Source: Minisyncoccia bacterium
Lineage (GTDB): Bacteria; Patescibacteriota; Minisyncoccia; Moranbacterales; GCA-2747515
Assembly: GCA_041738235.1 (NCBI GenBank)
Contig: JBGSQF010000006.1
Location: 18,261 to 82,260, forward strand
Length of the DNA: 64,000 nt
Direction of reading: 5' to 3'
The position numbers and the translations under genes were made by a program. Position 1 is the stretch's first letter. Each line of letters opens with the position of its first letter. The notes beneath the pieces were generated by a model. That model was not told where the DNA came from. It made no database searches and saw only the letters and a list, made by a program, of their open reading frames with translations. This document shows, piece by piece, positions 10,171-20,300 of the stretch.

Positions 10171-11394
10171 TTATTTTATATTATCCAAAACACTATACAT
10201 TGGCGTAAGCATGGCCACCGCAAAAAAACCAACCCCGGTTCCAATAACGATCATGAGCAATGGTTCTATAATAGATGACATATTTTTGGTCATCTGGTCC
10301 ACATCTGCTTCGTAGAATTCTGCCAATTTCAAAAGAACCTCTTCGGTCTTTCCCGTTGATTCTCCCACTTCAACTATCTGATACACCAAAGGAGGAAATA
10401 CCTTTGACCGAGAAATAGATTCACTCAGATTTATACCCTTTTGAACATCTTCCATGCTCCTCAAAATAGCAGTTCGATAAGCATAATTTGAAAGTGTTTC
10501 CGATATAACACGAAGAGCCTCAACAACAGACACACCACTTTTTAGAAGAGAACTGTATATACGAGCAAAACGAGCAGAGTTGGTCTTTATAACAATTTCT
10601 TTTACTACCGGAAAGTGCAACAAAAGAAACGAGATCACCCTCTTTCCAATTACCGTCTTAGCAAAAAGTGAAAGACAAATAATAATTACTACAACAGCAA
10701 TCGAAACAAGTATAGCGTGCCCCCTTAAAAAATTACTCACTCCGATAATGAACTGAGTGGACGCTGGTAACTTGACCTCCATATCTGAAAACACTGATGT
10801 GATCTTCGGCAAAATATAGGTCAGCATCAATACTCCAACACCGACCATAGCTGTCAAAATAACTGCGGGATACATCATTGCTCCACGAACTTTGCTGATC
10901 AGATCATGTTCTTTCTCTAGCTGAACCGATACGATCACCAAAACTTCTTCTAAATTTCCACCCAACTCTCCCACACGAACCATACTGACAAATAAATTAC
11001 TGAATATATCTGGATATTTTGCCAATGCATCGCCAAGTGGGGTGCCCGATTGGACTCTTTCCGCAATGTCATGAAGTGCTTTTTGGAACCGTTTATTTTT
11101 TGTTTGATTTACAAGAGTATTGATCGCCTTGGTGACCTGTACACCCGATGATATCATGACGCTCAAATTCCTTGCAAAAAGCATCTTGTCCTTTAAAGAA
11201 ACGCCTCCGAAAACCTTATCCATCAATCCCATTGTCTCAGCCGATTGACTCTCTTTCTCCTCCTCGTGAAACGTGAGTAGAAAACCCTCTGAACGCAACT
11301 GATGGAAAAGTGCGCTATCACTTTTTGCAAACATGCTTCCAGTACGCTCTTCTCCCGTGCTTATATTTTGGGCTGTAAATTTGTAATTCGGCAT
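10171..11394 (-). CDS. pilC: PilC/GspF platform protein
   Basis: Two GspF domains (SMVRVGELGGNLEEVL, VGESTGKTEEVL) and AMMYP. Confidence 0.95.
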   Translation of the reverse strand: MPNYKFTAQNISTGEERTGSMFAKSDSALFHQLRSEGFLLTFHEEEKESQSAETMGLMDKVFGGVSLKDKMLFARNLSVMISSGVQVTKAINTLVNQTKNKRFQKALHDIAERVQSGTPLGDALAKYPDIFSNLFVSMVRVGELGGNLEEVLVIVSVQLEKEHDLISKVRGAMMYPAVILTAMVGVGVLMLTYILPKITSVFSDMEVKLPASTQFIIGVSNFLRGHAILVSIAVVVIIICLSLFAKTVIGKRVISFLLLHFPVVKEIVIKTNSARFARIYSSLLKSGVSVVEALRVISETLSNYAYRTAILRSMEDVQKGINLSESISRSKVFPPLVYQIVEVGESTGKTEEVLLKLAEFYEADVDQMTKNMSSIIEPLLMIVIGTGVGFFAVAMLTPMYSVLDNIK

Positions 11395-11403
11395 ATTTTT
11401 GTT

Positions 11404-13173
11404 TTATTCTTTGGTAACACGCAATATCTCCTCTATGGAGGTGATCCCGAGAGCTGCCTTGATCATACCATCCTCTACCATTGTATGCATACCTGCTTTT
11501 CTTGATTCTAACTCAATATCCTCAGAAGAGGCTTTCTCAACGATCATCCTCCTGATAGTATCGTCTACCTCCATTACCTCAAATACTCCGTTTCTCCCCC
11601 GATACCCCTCATTGTTACAGCGAGCACACCCTTGTGCTCGGTAAAAAGAAACGTCCTCCCATGTTTGAATTTTCTTTTGCTTTGCAACTGAAGATTTTTG
11701 TAAAACGGCAAGTATTTCTTTCATGTTGAAACTCTCTCCTAATGTCTTCAGTTCCTCGGATGTTAATACGTAGGACTTCCGACAATCCGGACATAATCTT
11801 CGCACTAGTCTCTGTGCAATAATGACGTTCAACGTAGTCGCGACCAAGAATGGTTCGGCGCCCATATCCAACATTCTTGGTATCGTGGCAACAGCACTAT
11901 TCGTATGGAGCGTAGAAAGCACAAGATGTCCTGTCATAGCAGCATGCATGGCAATTTCCATGGTCTCTCCATCACGTATCTCCCCTACCATGATAATATC
12001 TGGATCCTGACGTAGTAACGAACGAAGTGCTGCTGCAAACGTCATGCCAATTTTTGATACTACCTGCGTTTGATTGATGCGTTGCATTCGATATTCAACA
12101 GGGTCTTCTACAGTACTAATATTCACTTCCGGGGTGTTAAGAATATCAACTACCGTGTAGAGCGTGGTAGTTTTCCCAGAACCCGTTGGCCCTGTAACCA
12201 ATATCATCCCGTTCGGCTTTTTTACCTCTCGATGCATGACTTCCAGATCTCGTCCCTCAAACCCGATCTTTTCCAAAGTGAGTCCCTTGGATGATTCATC
12301 CAAAAGACGCATAACGATCTTTTCACCGTCAAACACCGGTAAAATACTCACACGAAAAGAGATCTTATACCCTTCAGTTTCTATTTTAAACCTCCCATCC
12401 TGAGGTAATCTATGCTCATCCAACTTTAAGTTTGACAGCACTTTTATACGAGCAACAATGCCTTGTTGTACACTTCTCGGTAAACTCATAGCATCATGCA
12501 ATACCCCATCGATACGATATCGAACAACTACTTCTCTTTCTGTTGGTTCAATATGAATATCACTCGCCTGTTGCAAAATTGCATGTTTCAACAACGTATC
12601 TACAATACGAATGACAGGAACGTCCTCAGCAACTTTCTCCAAACTTTTTACATCACCATCTTCCTCCGGCTGATCGCTCTTTGCAGACTCGGAAAGAGAC
12701 TCTACATCCTGATCGATCAAATCTCCAAATTCCGCTTGTAAACTTTTTTCATATTGTTTCAATATTTCCGTAATACTTTCCTGTGAAGTGAGACAGGGAA
12801 TGATACGGAGACCCGTCTTCTTTTGAATGAAATCGATCGTCTGTAAATCATTCGGATTGAGCATGGCAACTTTAAGATTGCTTCCCTCCTTCTCAAATGC
12901 AACAATATTATATTTCTTGGCAATTGGAGCTGGAATGATCTGTAAAATATTTACAGGAATCTCATTCTTTTCCAAGTTCACAAAAGGGATCCCCAAGATC
13001 AATGAGTAGATCTTTCGTAGCTTCGTATCTTGAATAAATCCTCCTTTCAATAACACTTCTCCCAAAGAAACACCCTCTTTTTGAGAGGTGTCCCACGAAG
13101 CCTTAAGATCTTCCTTATTAAGAAAGTCAGCCCCCTGAAGAAACTCATAAAGTTGTTTATCCTGAATCTTCAT
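11404..13173 (-). CDS. pilB: PilB/GspE assembly ATPase
   Basis: GPTGSGKTTT, LRQDPDIIMVGEIRD and TGHLVLSTLHTN motifs; Cys4 zinc motif. Confidence 0.95.
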   Translation of the reverse strand: MKIQDKQLYEFLQGADFLNKEDLKASWDTSQKEGVSLGEVLLKGGFIQDTKLRKIYSLILGIPFVNLEKNEIPVNILQIIPAPIAKKYNIVAFEKEGSNLKVAMLNPNDLQTIDFIQKKTGLRIIPCLTSQESITEILKQYEKSLQAEFGDLIDQDVESLSESAKSDQPEEDGDVKSLEKVAEDVPVIRIVDTLLKHAILQQASDIHIEPTEREVVVRYRIDGVLHDAMSLPRSVQQGIVARIKVLSNLKLDEHRLPQDGRFKIETEGYKISFRVSILPVFDGEKIVMRLLDESSKGLTLEKIGFEGRDLEVMHREVKKPNGMILVTGPTGSGKTTTLYTVVDILNTPEVNISTVEDPVEYRMQRINQTQVVSKIGMTFAAALRSLLRQDPDIIMVGEIRDGETMEIAMHAAMTGHLVLSTLHTNSAVATIPRMLDMGAEPFLVATTLNVIIAQRLVRRLCPDCRKSYVLTSEELKTLGESFNMKEILAVLQKSSVAKQKKIQTWEDVSFYRAQGCARCNNEGYRGRNGVFEVMEVDDTIRRMIVEKASSEDIELESRKAGMHTMVEDGMIKAALGITSIEEILRVTKE

Positions 13174-13188
13174 GTCGGTTTATACAAT

Positions 13189-14160
13189 CTATTTTATTTC
13201 ACAGTTACCCAACTTTCTCGGAAAAACCAAGAAGAAGGTTGTCCCTCGTCCTTTTTTCGACTCAAATCGAATGCTTCCTCCAACCCGATCCATAATCCTC
13301 TGGCATAAATTCAATCCCAATCCAACCCCCTCGGTATTTAATAACATGGCATTATCAGATCGAAAGAACTTTTCAAAGATCTTCCCCTGATGCTCTATGG
13401 GTATACCTATTCCCGTATCTTTGATATCCACCTCGATCTCTTTCTCCTTGTTACGTATGTAAAGAGATATCGTTCCAGACCGGTCTGTATACCGCAAAGC
13501 ATTAAGAAAGACGTTTTCTAAAACCATCTCTATTTTTCTTGCATCCCCGCAGGATTCTTTCTCTTCTCCAAATACTTCAAAAAGAAGTCGAATATTCTTT
13601 TGCTGTATATCCATGCGGTAACGGTCACAGACCTTTTTCATGAGATTCGAGATGTTTATACGCTCCTCATACCATCGAACTTCCCCACTTTCAAATCGAG
13701 ATACCATTAGAAACTCATCCACCATTCGTATAAGATGTTCGTTTGATAACTCAATACTGCGCATAGCCTCACGAGATCCATCATTTCCATCCCCACTATT
13801 TTTACTTCTACAAAGATCAATATGCCATTTTATCTGCGCAAGTGGCGATTTTAATCTATGTGACATAGCCGATATAAAATCACTCTTGAGCTTTCTAATA
13901 ACGGCGATCTCCTCTAACAAACGAATGATAAGACCTCCAATAAGCAGTGATGACATGACTATCCCAGATTCTATAAGAACTAGCGCCTCAGCATTATTAG
14001 AATAAGAAAATATAAGGTATGTTGCCCCCATGAAGAAAATAACCACAGCACCCAAAAGCAAAGAAAAAAACGCCGGCGTATGCCACAAGGAAACGCCGAG
14101 TTGTTTGGCCTGCTTTCGAAGGTCTAAACCTGACTCAATAGGAAGAAAAGGGGAATGCAT
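13189..14160 (-). CDS. Sensor histidine kinase (2 TM, HisKA + HATPase_c)
   Basis: H-box SHRLKSPL, N-box NVFLNALRY, DTGIGI and GVGLGL. Confidence 0.9.
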   Translation of the reverse strand: MHSPFLPIESGLDLRKQAKQLGVSLWHTPAFFSLLLGAVVIFFMGATYLIFSYSNNAEALVLIESGIVMSSLLIGGLIIRLLEEIAVIRKLKSDFISAMSHRLKSPLAQIKWHIDLCRSKNSGDGNDGSREAMRSIELSNEHLIRMVDEFLMVSRFESGEVRWYEERINISNLMKKVCDRYRMDIQQKNIRLLFEVFGEEKESCGDARKIEMVLENVFLNALRYTDRSGTISLYIRNKEKEIEVDIKDTGIGIPIEHQGKIFEKFFRSDNAMLLNTEGVGLGLNLCQRIMDRVGGSIRFESKKGRGTTFFLVFPRKLGNCEIK

Positions 14161-14232
14161 ATGTATCTTTTTTTTACTGTCAATTCTCTTTTTATTATAC
14201 CCTAAACACCACACACACCCCTAAGAGCAACT

Positions 14233-15540
14233 CTACTCAAAAAGTTTCTTATAGTTCTTCGACCAATACACAATGCCATTATAATAGGATGTATTGAACC
14301 CTCCAAGATAGTTGATCGATGCACTTTTTATAACTGATTCCTTGCTCGATGTGGCTCCTGCCTTTTGCAATTTAAGGGCCATAGCCATAACACCATCAGT
14401 AAGACTCCAGGGATCCGGTTTGCTATGACCCGTCTTTGATCGTACTGATGCTTCATATCCTTTCCATACGTCCGACATAAATTGAGAAACACCCATCGCG
14501 CCACCTTGACCAATATACCCACTTGGAGAACAAGAGACCTTTTTGTCCTTACTATAACCAAGCGTCTTCACGATCTCATAAAAAATATCTCTTCTTTTAT
14601 ACAGTAAATTTATCGATGATTGATATTTGGTTCCATACTTTTTATACCGGGCAACGGCAACCTTCTCCACCTCTTTGTAAGTACACTGTCCTGTGTTTGC
14701 TCCAAGATTCGTTTCCATCTTCAAAAATCCATACAACACCCCTTCAGGAACGCCCGTTTCATCACTCGCAAAATTCACCGCTTCACGGATGTCCTTCGCA
14801 TTAAATGACTTCCCGGTCAATATATTCAAATCACTTTCTAATTCCGCCAACTTTTTTTGCAGCTCTTCAATGGTCGCATCTTTCTCTGCTATATCAGACT
14901 GCGTTTCCTGCTTTGCTCCCAAAAGGTTATTCTTTTGGGAATTTTGAACAACAAGGAGTTGCTCCTTTTCCTTCTTGATATTATCTAGGTCCTCACGTTC
15001 TTTTTTGATATTTTCTTTTGTTTTAGATGATTCATCAATAAGCATGCCTATTCGCTCTTGCAGAGTAAGCACCTGATCCGATCCGTCTAATATCTGGGAC
15101 ATGCTTCCCTCATGAAACACCACTTCTGAAAGCGGAGTTTGCGAGGTATCATACATTAATTGCACCATATCCTGGAGCACTTTCTTTTGCTGACCAAGCT
15201 TCACCTCTAATTGAGCTATTTCTCCCTCCTTACGAGAGATCGTCTCTTGCGTGGTTTCAATGTGGGTCTTAGTCTCTTGTATTGCTCGCTGTGTTGCTGT
15301 CAAACTCCCATCGATCGCCTGGAGATTTTGAGAGAGACTCGTTTTTTCTTTGGTTACTTTATCGATCTTCTTCTCAAGATCTTTGATATCACCTTTTGTT
15401 TCGTCTATTTTATCGGGGTTTATCTCATCCGCCAAAGCTGGAAAAGAGATACAAAAAACTATCCCCAGACCTATCATTAAAAGACCTGAGAACAAGAAGG
15501 ATCCCCCCTTATCCTTGTGAGAATTATTCCAATGTTTCAT
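14233..15540 (-). CDS. Secreted coiled-coil protein with a C-terminal lytic transglycosylase domain
   Basis: Signal/TM, about 200-aa coiled coil, ETNLG catalytic Glu, GAMGVSQFM, PDPW. Confidence 0.8.
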   Translation of the reverse strand: MKHWNNSHKDKGGSFLFSGLLMIGLGIVFCISFPALADEINPDKIDETKGDIKDLEKKIDKVTKEKTSLSQNLQAIDGSLTATQRAIQETKTHIETTQETISRKEGEIAQLEVKLGQQKKVLQDMVQLMYDTSQTPLSEVVFHEGSMSQILDGSDQVLTLQERIGMLIDESSKTKENIKKEREDLDNIKKEKEQLLVVQNSQKNNLLGAKQETQSDIAEKDATIEELQKKLAELESDLNILTGKSFNAKDIREAVNFASDETGVPEGVLYGFLKMETNLGANTGQCTYKEVEKVAVARYKKYGTKYQSSINLLYKRRDIFYEIVKTLGYSKDKKVSCSPSGYIGQGGAMGVSQFMSDVWKGYEASVRSKTGHSKPDPWSLTDGVMAMALKLQKAGATSSKESVIKSASINYLGGFNTSYYNGIVYWSKNYKKLFE

Positions 15541-15578
15541 GCCTAAAGTATAGCACATTTTTTCAATTTTTGAAAAAC

Positions 15579-15612
15579 AAAAGACCCGCAATGGAACTAT
15601 GCGGGTCTTTTT
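15579..15612 (-). terminator. Terminator after rplL
   Basis: AAAAGACCCGCA-9 nt-TGCGGGTCTTTT. Confidence 0.85.
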
Positions 15613-15626
15613 CCTTGAAAACTAGA

Positions 15627-16058
15627 CTATTTCAATTCTACAGTTGCACCAGCAGCCTCAAGTTTCTTCTTTAACTCCTCTGCCTCTTCTTTCTTTACAG
15701 CCTCTTTGATCACCTTTGGAGCAGCATCTACCATATCCTTCGCCTCTTTCAAGCCCAACCCTGTAATCTCACGAACCGCCTTAATTACATTAATCTTCTG
15801 ATCTCCTGCAACCTTCAGCTCCACATCAAATTCCGTCTTCTCTTCTACTGCCTCACCCGCACCGGCAGCAGCAGGCATTGCCCCCATCATCATAGGAGCA
15901 GCAGCACTCACACCAAACTTATCTTCCAAGACCTTTACAAGCTCAGACAGATCCAGAACGCTCATCTTCTCGATCTCGCTCACGATACCTTGAAACTTAG
16001 CTGGCACTTCCACTGCCTTTGCCTCAACCTGCTCATCCGCCTTTGTTACTTCTGTCAT
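15627..16058 (-). CDS. rplL: 50S ribosomal protein L7/L12
   Basis: [19 protein letters not shown] and GLGLKEAKD motifs. Confidence 0.98.
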   Translation of the reverse strand: MTEVTKADEQVEAKAVEVPAKFQGIVSEIEKMSVLDLSELVKVLEDKFGVSAAAPMMMGAMPAAAGAGEAVEEKTEFDVELKVAGDQKINVIKAVREITGLGLKEAKDMVDAAPKVIKEAVKKEEAEELKKKLEAAGATVELK

Positions 16059-16120
16059 ACGATTATTGTTACTTATTACGATAGTTAATTATATATCTTG
16101 CACCATCATCACTACATACT

Positions 16121-16636
16121 CTATTTCTTCTCCTCAATAGCATGAAGCACCGTTACCAAGCCACGCAAATTGCCACCCAATACCCGAACAAATCCTGAAA
16201 TAGGTGCCTGTATTGTTCCCACAACCTTAGCCAACATCTGTTGCTTACTCGGCATCTTCGCCAATGCCTCAACACTATGGGCAAAAAGCATTTTCTTTTC
16301 CAAGACTCCACCGAGAATACGAATATTTTTGTTGGTCTGAGAGAATTCATGTACCGCCTTGACCGCACCCACCTCATCCTCTTGAGAAAAAATAACCGCG
16401 ATCTGTCCGTCCAAAACCTTTTCATCAATTTCTATACCCGCCTCTTTGCCAATTCTCGAGATCAAGGTCTTTTTTACCACTCGAAATGTACCTCCCGCAT
16501 CTCGTAGCTTCTTCTTTAATGCTCGTGTGTCAAAAACGTTCAAACCTCGATAGTCAACAAACACCACTGACTTAGCTGTCTTCGCCTGATCCGACATCTC
16601 AGAAACCAGTGTTTCTTTTTGTGCTCGTGTAAGCAT
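16121..16636 (-). CDS. rplJ: 50S ribosomal protein L10
   Basis: VDYRGL, VVKKTL, LAKMPS; directly upstream of rplL. Confidence 0.96.
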   Translation of the reverse strand: MLTRAQKETLVSEMSDQAKTAKSVVFVDYRGLNVFDTRALKKKLRDAGGTFRVVKKTLISRIGKEAGIEIDEKVLDGQIAVIFSQEDEVGAVKAVHEFSQTNKNIRILGGVLEKKMLFAHSVEALAKMPSKQQMLAKVVGTIQAPISGFVRVLGGNLRGLVTVLHAIEEKK

Positions 16637-16654
16637 AAATTTTTCCAAAGGAAA

Positions 16655-16815
16655 TTAAAAAACGGACTTTTCTGTCCGATCCCGTGTGAAACAATTAAGA
16701 GAAAATTTTTGAAATATTTGCTCTATTACATTGCCTCGGTAGGACTTATTACCCTTTCGGATACGCCTCTTCAACCTGTGTTGAAGTCCCTTGCAGGAAC
16801 GGTCATCGGACATAT
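16655..16815 (-). ncRNA. L10 ribosomal leader with attenuator terminator
   Basis: Minus strand reads CCGATGACCGT...AGG...CCTACCGAGG (L10-leader core), then CGGAC-agaaaa-GTCCG-TTTTTT just before rplJ. Confidence 0.75.
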
Positions 16816-16855
16816 TCAATTGTAAAATATTCTATCAGCACCACTATTTTTACCT

Positions 16856-17239
16856 CTACTTGGCAGGTTCAGCCTTTGTGTCCTCCTCAACTTTATCACT
16901 TTCCACCTGCGCACTCTCAGGCAACCCTTCCTTTACCGCTTCTGCTACCTCCTGAACATTTTCCTCTACTTTTGGTCGTTCCATCTTTACTGCTCGTTTT
17001 TTTCCTTCAACCACGCCTTGAGCAACCAAAAGGTTATATACCGTATCAGAAGGCTGAGCCCCTTGTCCTAACCAGTGCAATATCCGATCATTTTCCAAAA
17101 CCGCGACCTTCTTATGTGGATCCCAGCTTCCAACCATTTCTACATGCCTTCCACCAGGTGCGACCGTCTTCTCCTGCACCGCAATACGAAAATGCGATCG
17201 ATTCTTCCGTCCTGTTCTATTGAGTCGAATTACCAACAT
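16856..17239 (-). CDS. rpsP: 30S ribosomal protein S16 with acidic C-terminal extension
   Basis: MLVIRLNRTGRKN and WLGQGAQPSDTV. Confidence 0.97.
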   Translation of the reverse strand: MLVIRLNRTGRKNRSHFRIAVQEKTVAPGGRHVEMVGSWDPHKKVAVLENDRILHWLGQGAQPSDTVYNLLVAQGVVEGKKRAVKMERPKVEENVQEVAEAVKEGLPESAQVESDKVEEDTKAEPAK

Positions 17240-17300
17240 AAATATACCACAAATAATATACAGTAAACAAAAACGGCCTTCGCCTTTTTCTTACTGCCCT

Positions 17301-17329
17301 ACTTTACAGCCATTCATAAATTCTGTCAA
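17301..17329 (-). promoter_or_regulatory. Sigma70 promoter of rpsP
   Basis: TTGACA-17 bp-TAAAGT. Confidence 0.6.
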
Positions 17330-17337
17330 GACCCCTT

Positions 17338-20300
17338 TCACACCAGCCACTTCTTCACCAACAATCCACCTTTTTCCATAGTGATAGTGTCTTGAGCATC
17401 TCTGGATTCCCCTGTAGCAGGATTTTGGACAGAGACTTTAACAGTATATACTCCAGCCTCAAGAAAAATAAGATAGCGCCCATGTTCATCAGCCATAGTT
17501 CTTGAAAGCATGCGCTCGTTTTTATCAAATACCGAGATAGTGGTAAACACAAGTCCCTTTTGGGAAAATCTTTCCTTAGAAACTACTTCTCCCCACTGAC
17601 GACTCTTATTTGTAAACTGCCTCACAAAGAAGAGGGCAATGTTAAAGAGTAAAAGCACCCAATAGGCAAGGTTACCACGATCAATAATAACAGCATACAT
17701 GGTCCAGAAAAAACTCACCACAAAAACAATAAAGAAAAAGGAATTGAGCCATACAGAAACATTAAAGAAACCAAGAAAACTAGAGGACCTTCTGATATCC
17801 GGCTTTCTTACAAGTATATTACAACGAATAAACTCTTTATTGGTTACCACAATGGGATCTCCCCGGTAAATATTAGTAATAAAAATAGAAGAGTTCTGTG
17901 TTTCTTTTTCAAAGGTATACCCTTCCTTCTCTGCTTGGATGGTGTAGGTACCGGGATCGACCAGAAAGCCGAAGCGTCCGAGCCTATCGGAGATGATGAC
18001 CTGTTTCTTTTGGGTCTGTTGGTTGATGAGCGTTAACGTGACGTAAGAAAGGATATTGCCCGTATTGGCGTCATAGGTCGTTCCCCAGGATCGTTTTCGA
18101 CGAAAGAACCCAACGATCCCGAAAGCACTTACCATTTGTTGTGTCAAACCTCGCGCAGTTAAGAGCCCAGGAGAAAATACCGACCCAAAAGATCGAAACA
18201 ACGTAGCTATGACCGCTGCTAACGTCAGTGTCTCAGCCGAAGACTCAGGATCCTTCGCCATCTCCTTGACAGCTGCAATAGCAGAACTTCCCATATTATC
18301 AATAAACTCTGGAGTAACTGCTGTAACTGCATGTCCAAGAGTACGAAGTCCTTTTGCAACTACTTCCTCTTGTGTTTGCTTTTGAATTTCATCACTCTTT
18401 AAAACAAAGGTTTTTGTTTCTGACCCTTCCGATGTCATATTGTTCTCATCGGTATAGGTAACATAAATAGTATGAACTCCCTGCTCAATGTCCTTATCCT
18501 TCATAACATATTCAATACTCCAGTGAGTATCAGCGCGCCCCGTAAAGCTAAAAGGACTAGAAAAAATATAAGCGGTAAGCGACCCAGGACCATCGGCCAT
18601 CCCCTTAACAATAAGTGTAGAATCTTTTCTCTCTATAGAAGTAACAGTTGGTGGTTTAGGAATGACGGTAACATTGAGAGAAGCTGTTCTTTTGACAGAT
18701 GTTGCGCTTGTAACACTTGCTTCTACAACATGAAGACCAGTGGTAGGGAACCTATAAGCAAAAGAATTCTCTTTGGAAACCACAACACCATCGACCGCCC
18801 AGGCATATGTATACGTACCGCTTTTATCTGGAAAGACTTGAAAGGTCGCCTCTTGCCCCTTTTCAAGTCGTTCTCTTGACGATGAGGCAGAGACGGAGAA
18901 ATTCTCTTCCTCACTATCCTTTTCTGGTATTATAATACGCCTCCCATTAGAGAATGCGCTCCTCGTTGACCCCTTATAAGCTCTCACGCGATATGTATAA
19001 GTCGCTCCAGGAACAAGAGTTTCAGTATCAATATATAGGATCTTATTCTTTTTGACAGTGGCGATCTCCTTAAAAGCATCACTCCCCTGTCTTCGTTGAA
19101 TACTATAACCATTCTCTAAATCAGTGTTGTCTTGCCATACAAGTCGAATGCCCTTCTCAACCCGCCTAATCCTGAGATTGGTGGGGCGTTGCTCTTGATC
19201 AACAAGAGAGAGCGCTTTTCTATAGATAGTTCCCGCATCACCTGATTGATATCCATTTCCTCCATCAACATTCTTAGTTCCTGTAAAAGTGCTTCTGTTA
19301 TAGTAAAGTGCAATTCTTCCCCCGCCTCCACCACCACCATGCGATCCTCCAACACCTCCCCGAGCACTAATAGATCCGCTCCCAGCAAATAAATTAGCTT
19401 GAAGATGCACAGACCCACCGGAACCACCCCCAGCATAGTCTCCCTCTCCGTCACTCCCATCCGCCACAATACTTCCACCAAGACTTATAGGGCCTGTCAC
19501 CGCTATTTTGACGGCTCCTGCTCCCGATCCACTCAATTGTGCGTCTCCAGATCCCCCACTTGACCCAATATCTGTTGGTTGTGTATCCGAACCGTACGAA
19601 GATCCTCCAAAAGTAGATGAATGGTCACCCACACCCCCCCTTCCTCCGAATCCGCCTCCGCCACCGCCAAAACCCCTCCCGGGACCATTTCCTTCACCAA
19701 AAGAGGTGGAAGTTCCAATATATCCCTTCCCGCTTACATCTATCTTCCCTCCCACATTGATCACAAGCCTTGCAAGAGAAAGATTGATCCCCTTGGTTTG
19801 GTTAACAACGTTAGCTTGATGCGTAAGAGTACCCCCTTTCGCAACCCGCATAGAATTAAAAGAAACTGCTGGTCCCAAGATATCTTGATTCTGAAATTCC
19901 ATGATCCCAAGAACAATAATATCCTTAATAGGCTGAACATCTCCAATGGCAGGATTAACACCATTTTCATACCAGGTAACATTTGCAGAAATAGTTAATG
20001 TAGATTGATAATGGTTATAGATGCCATTGTTAGTGATACTTGCAGCAGTCAACAAGGAAAGTTTTTCTTTCACAGTGATTGTGTAATCGTGCGCGATGAC
20101 ATATCTAGCTGAACCACGAACAGTGAGATGATTAAATACTGACGATTCAACAATGGTCGTAGTGGATCCAGAAACAGCACCATTTCCAACAACAAGATCC
20201 CCATACGTAGCAGAATTTGATTTGATAAAAATAGTTCCAGCCCCCCCTCGCTGATAGCCCGCTCCGCCAAATGCAGTCCTTATTCCATTAAAAGTATCGT

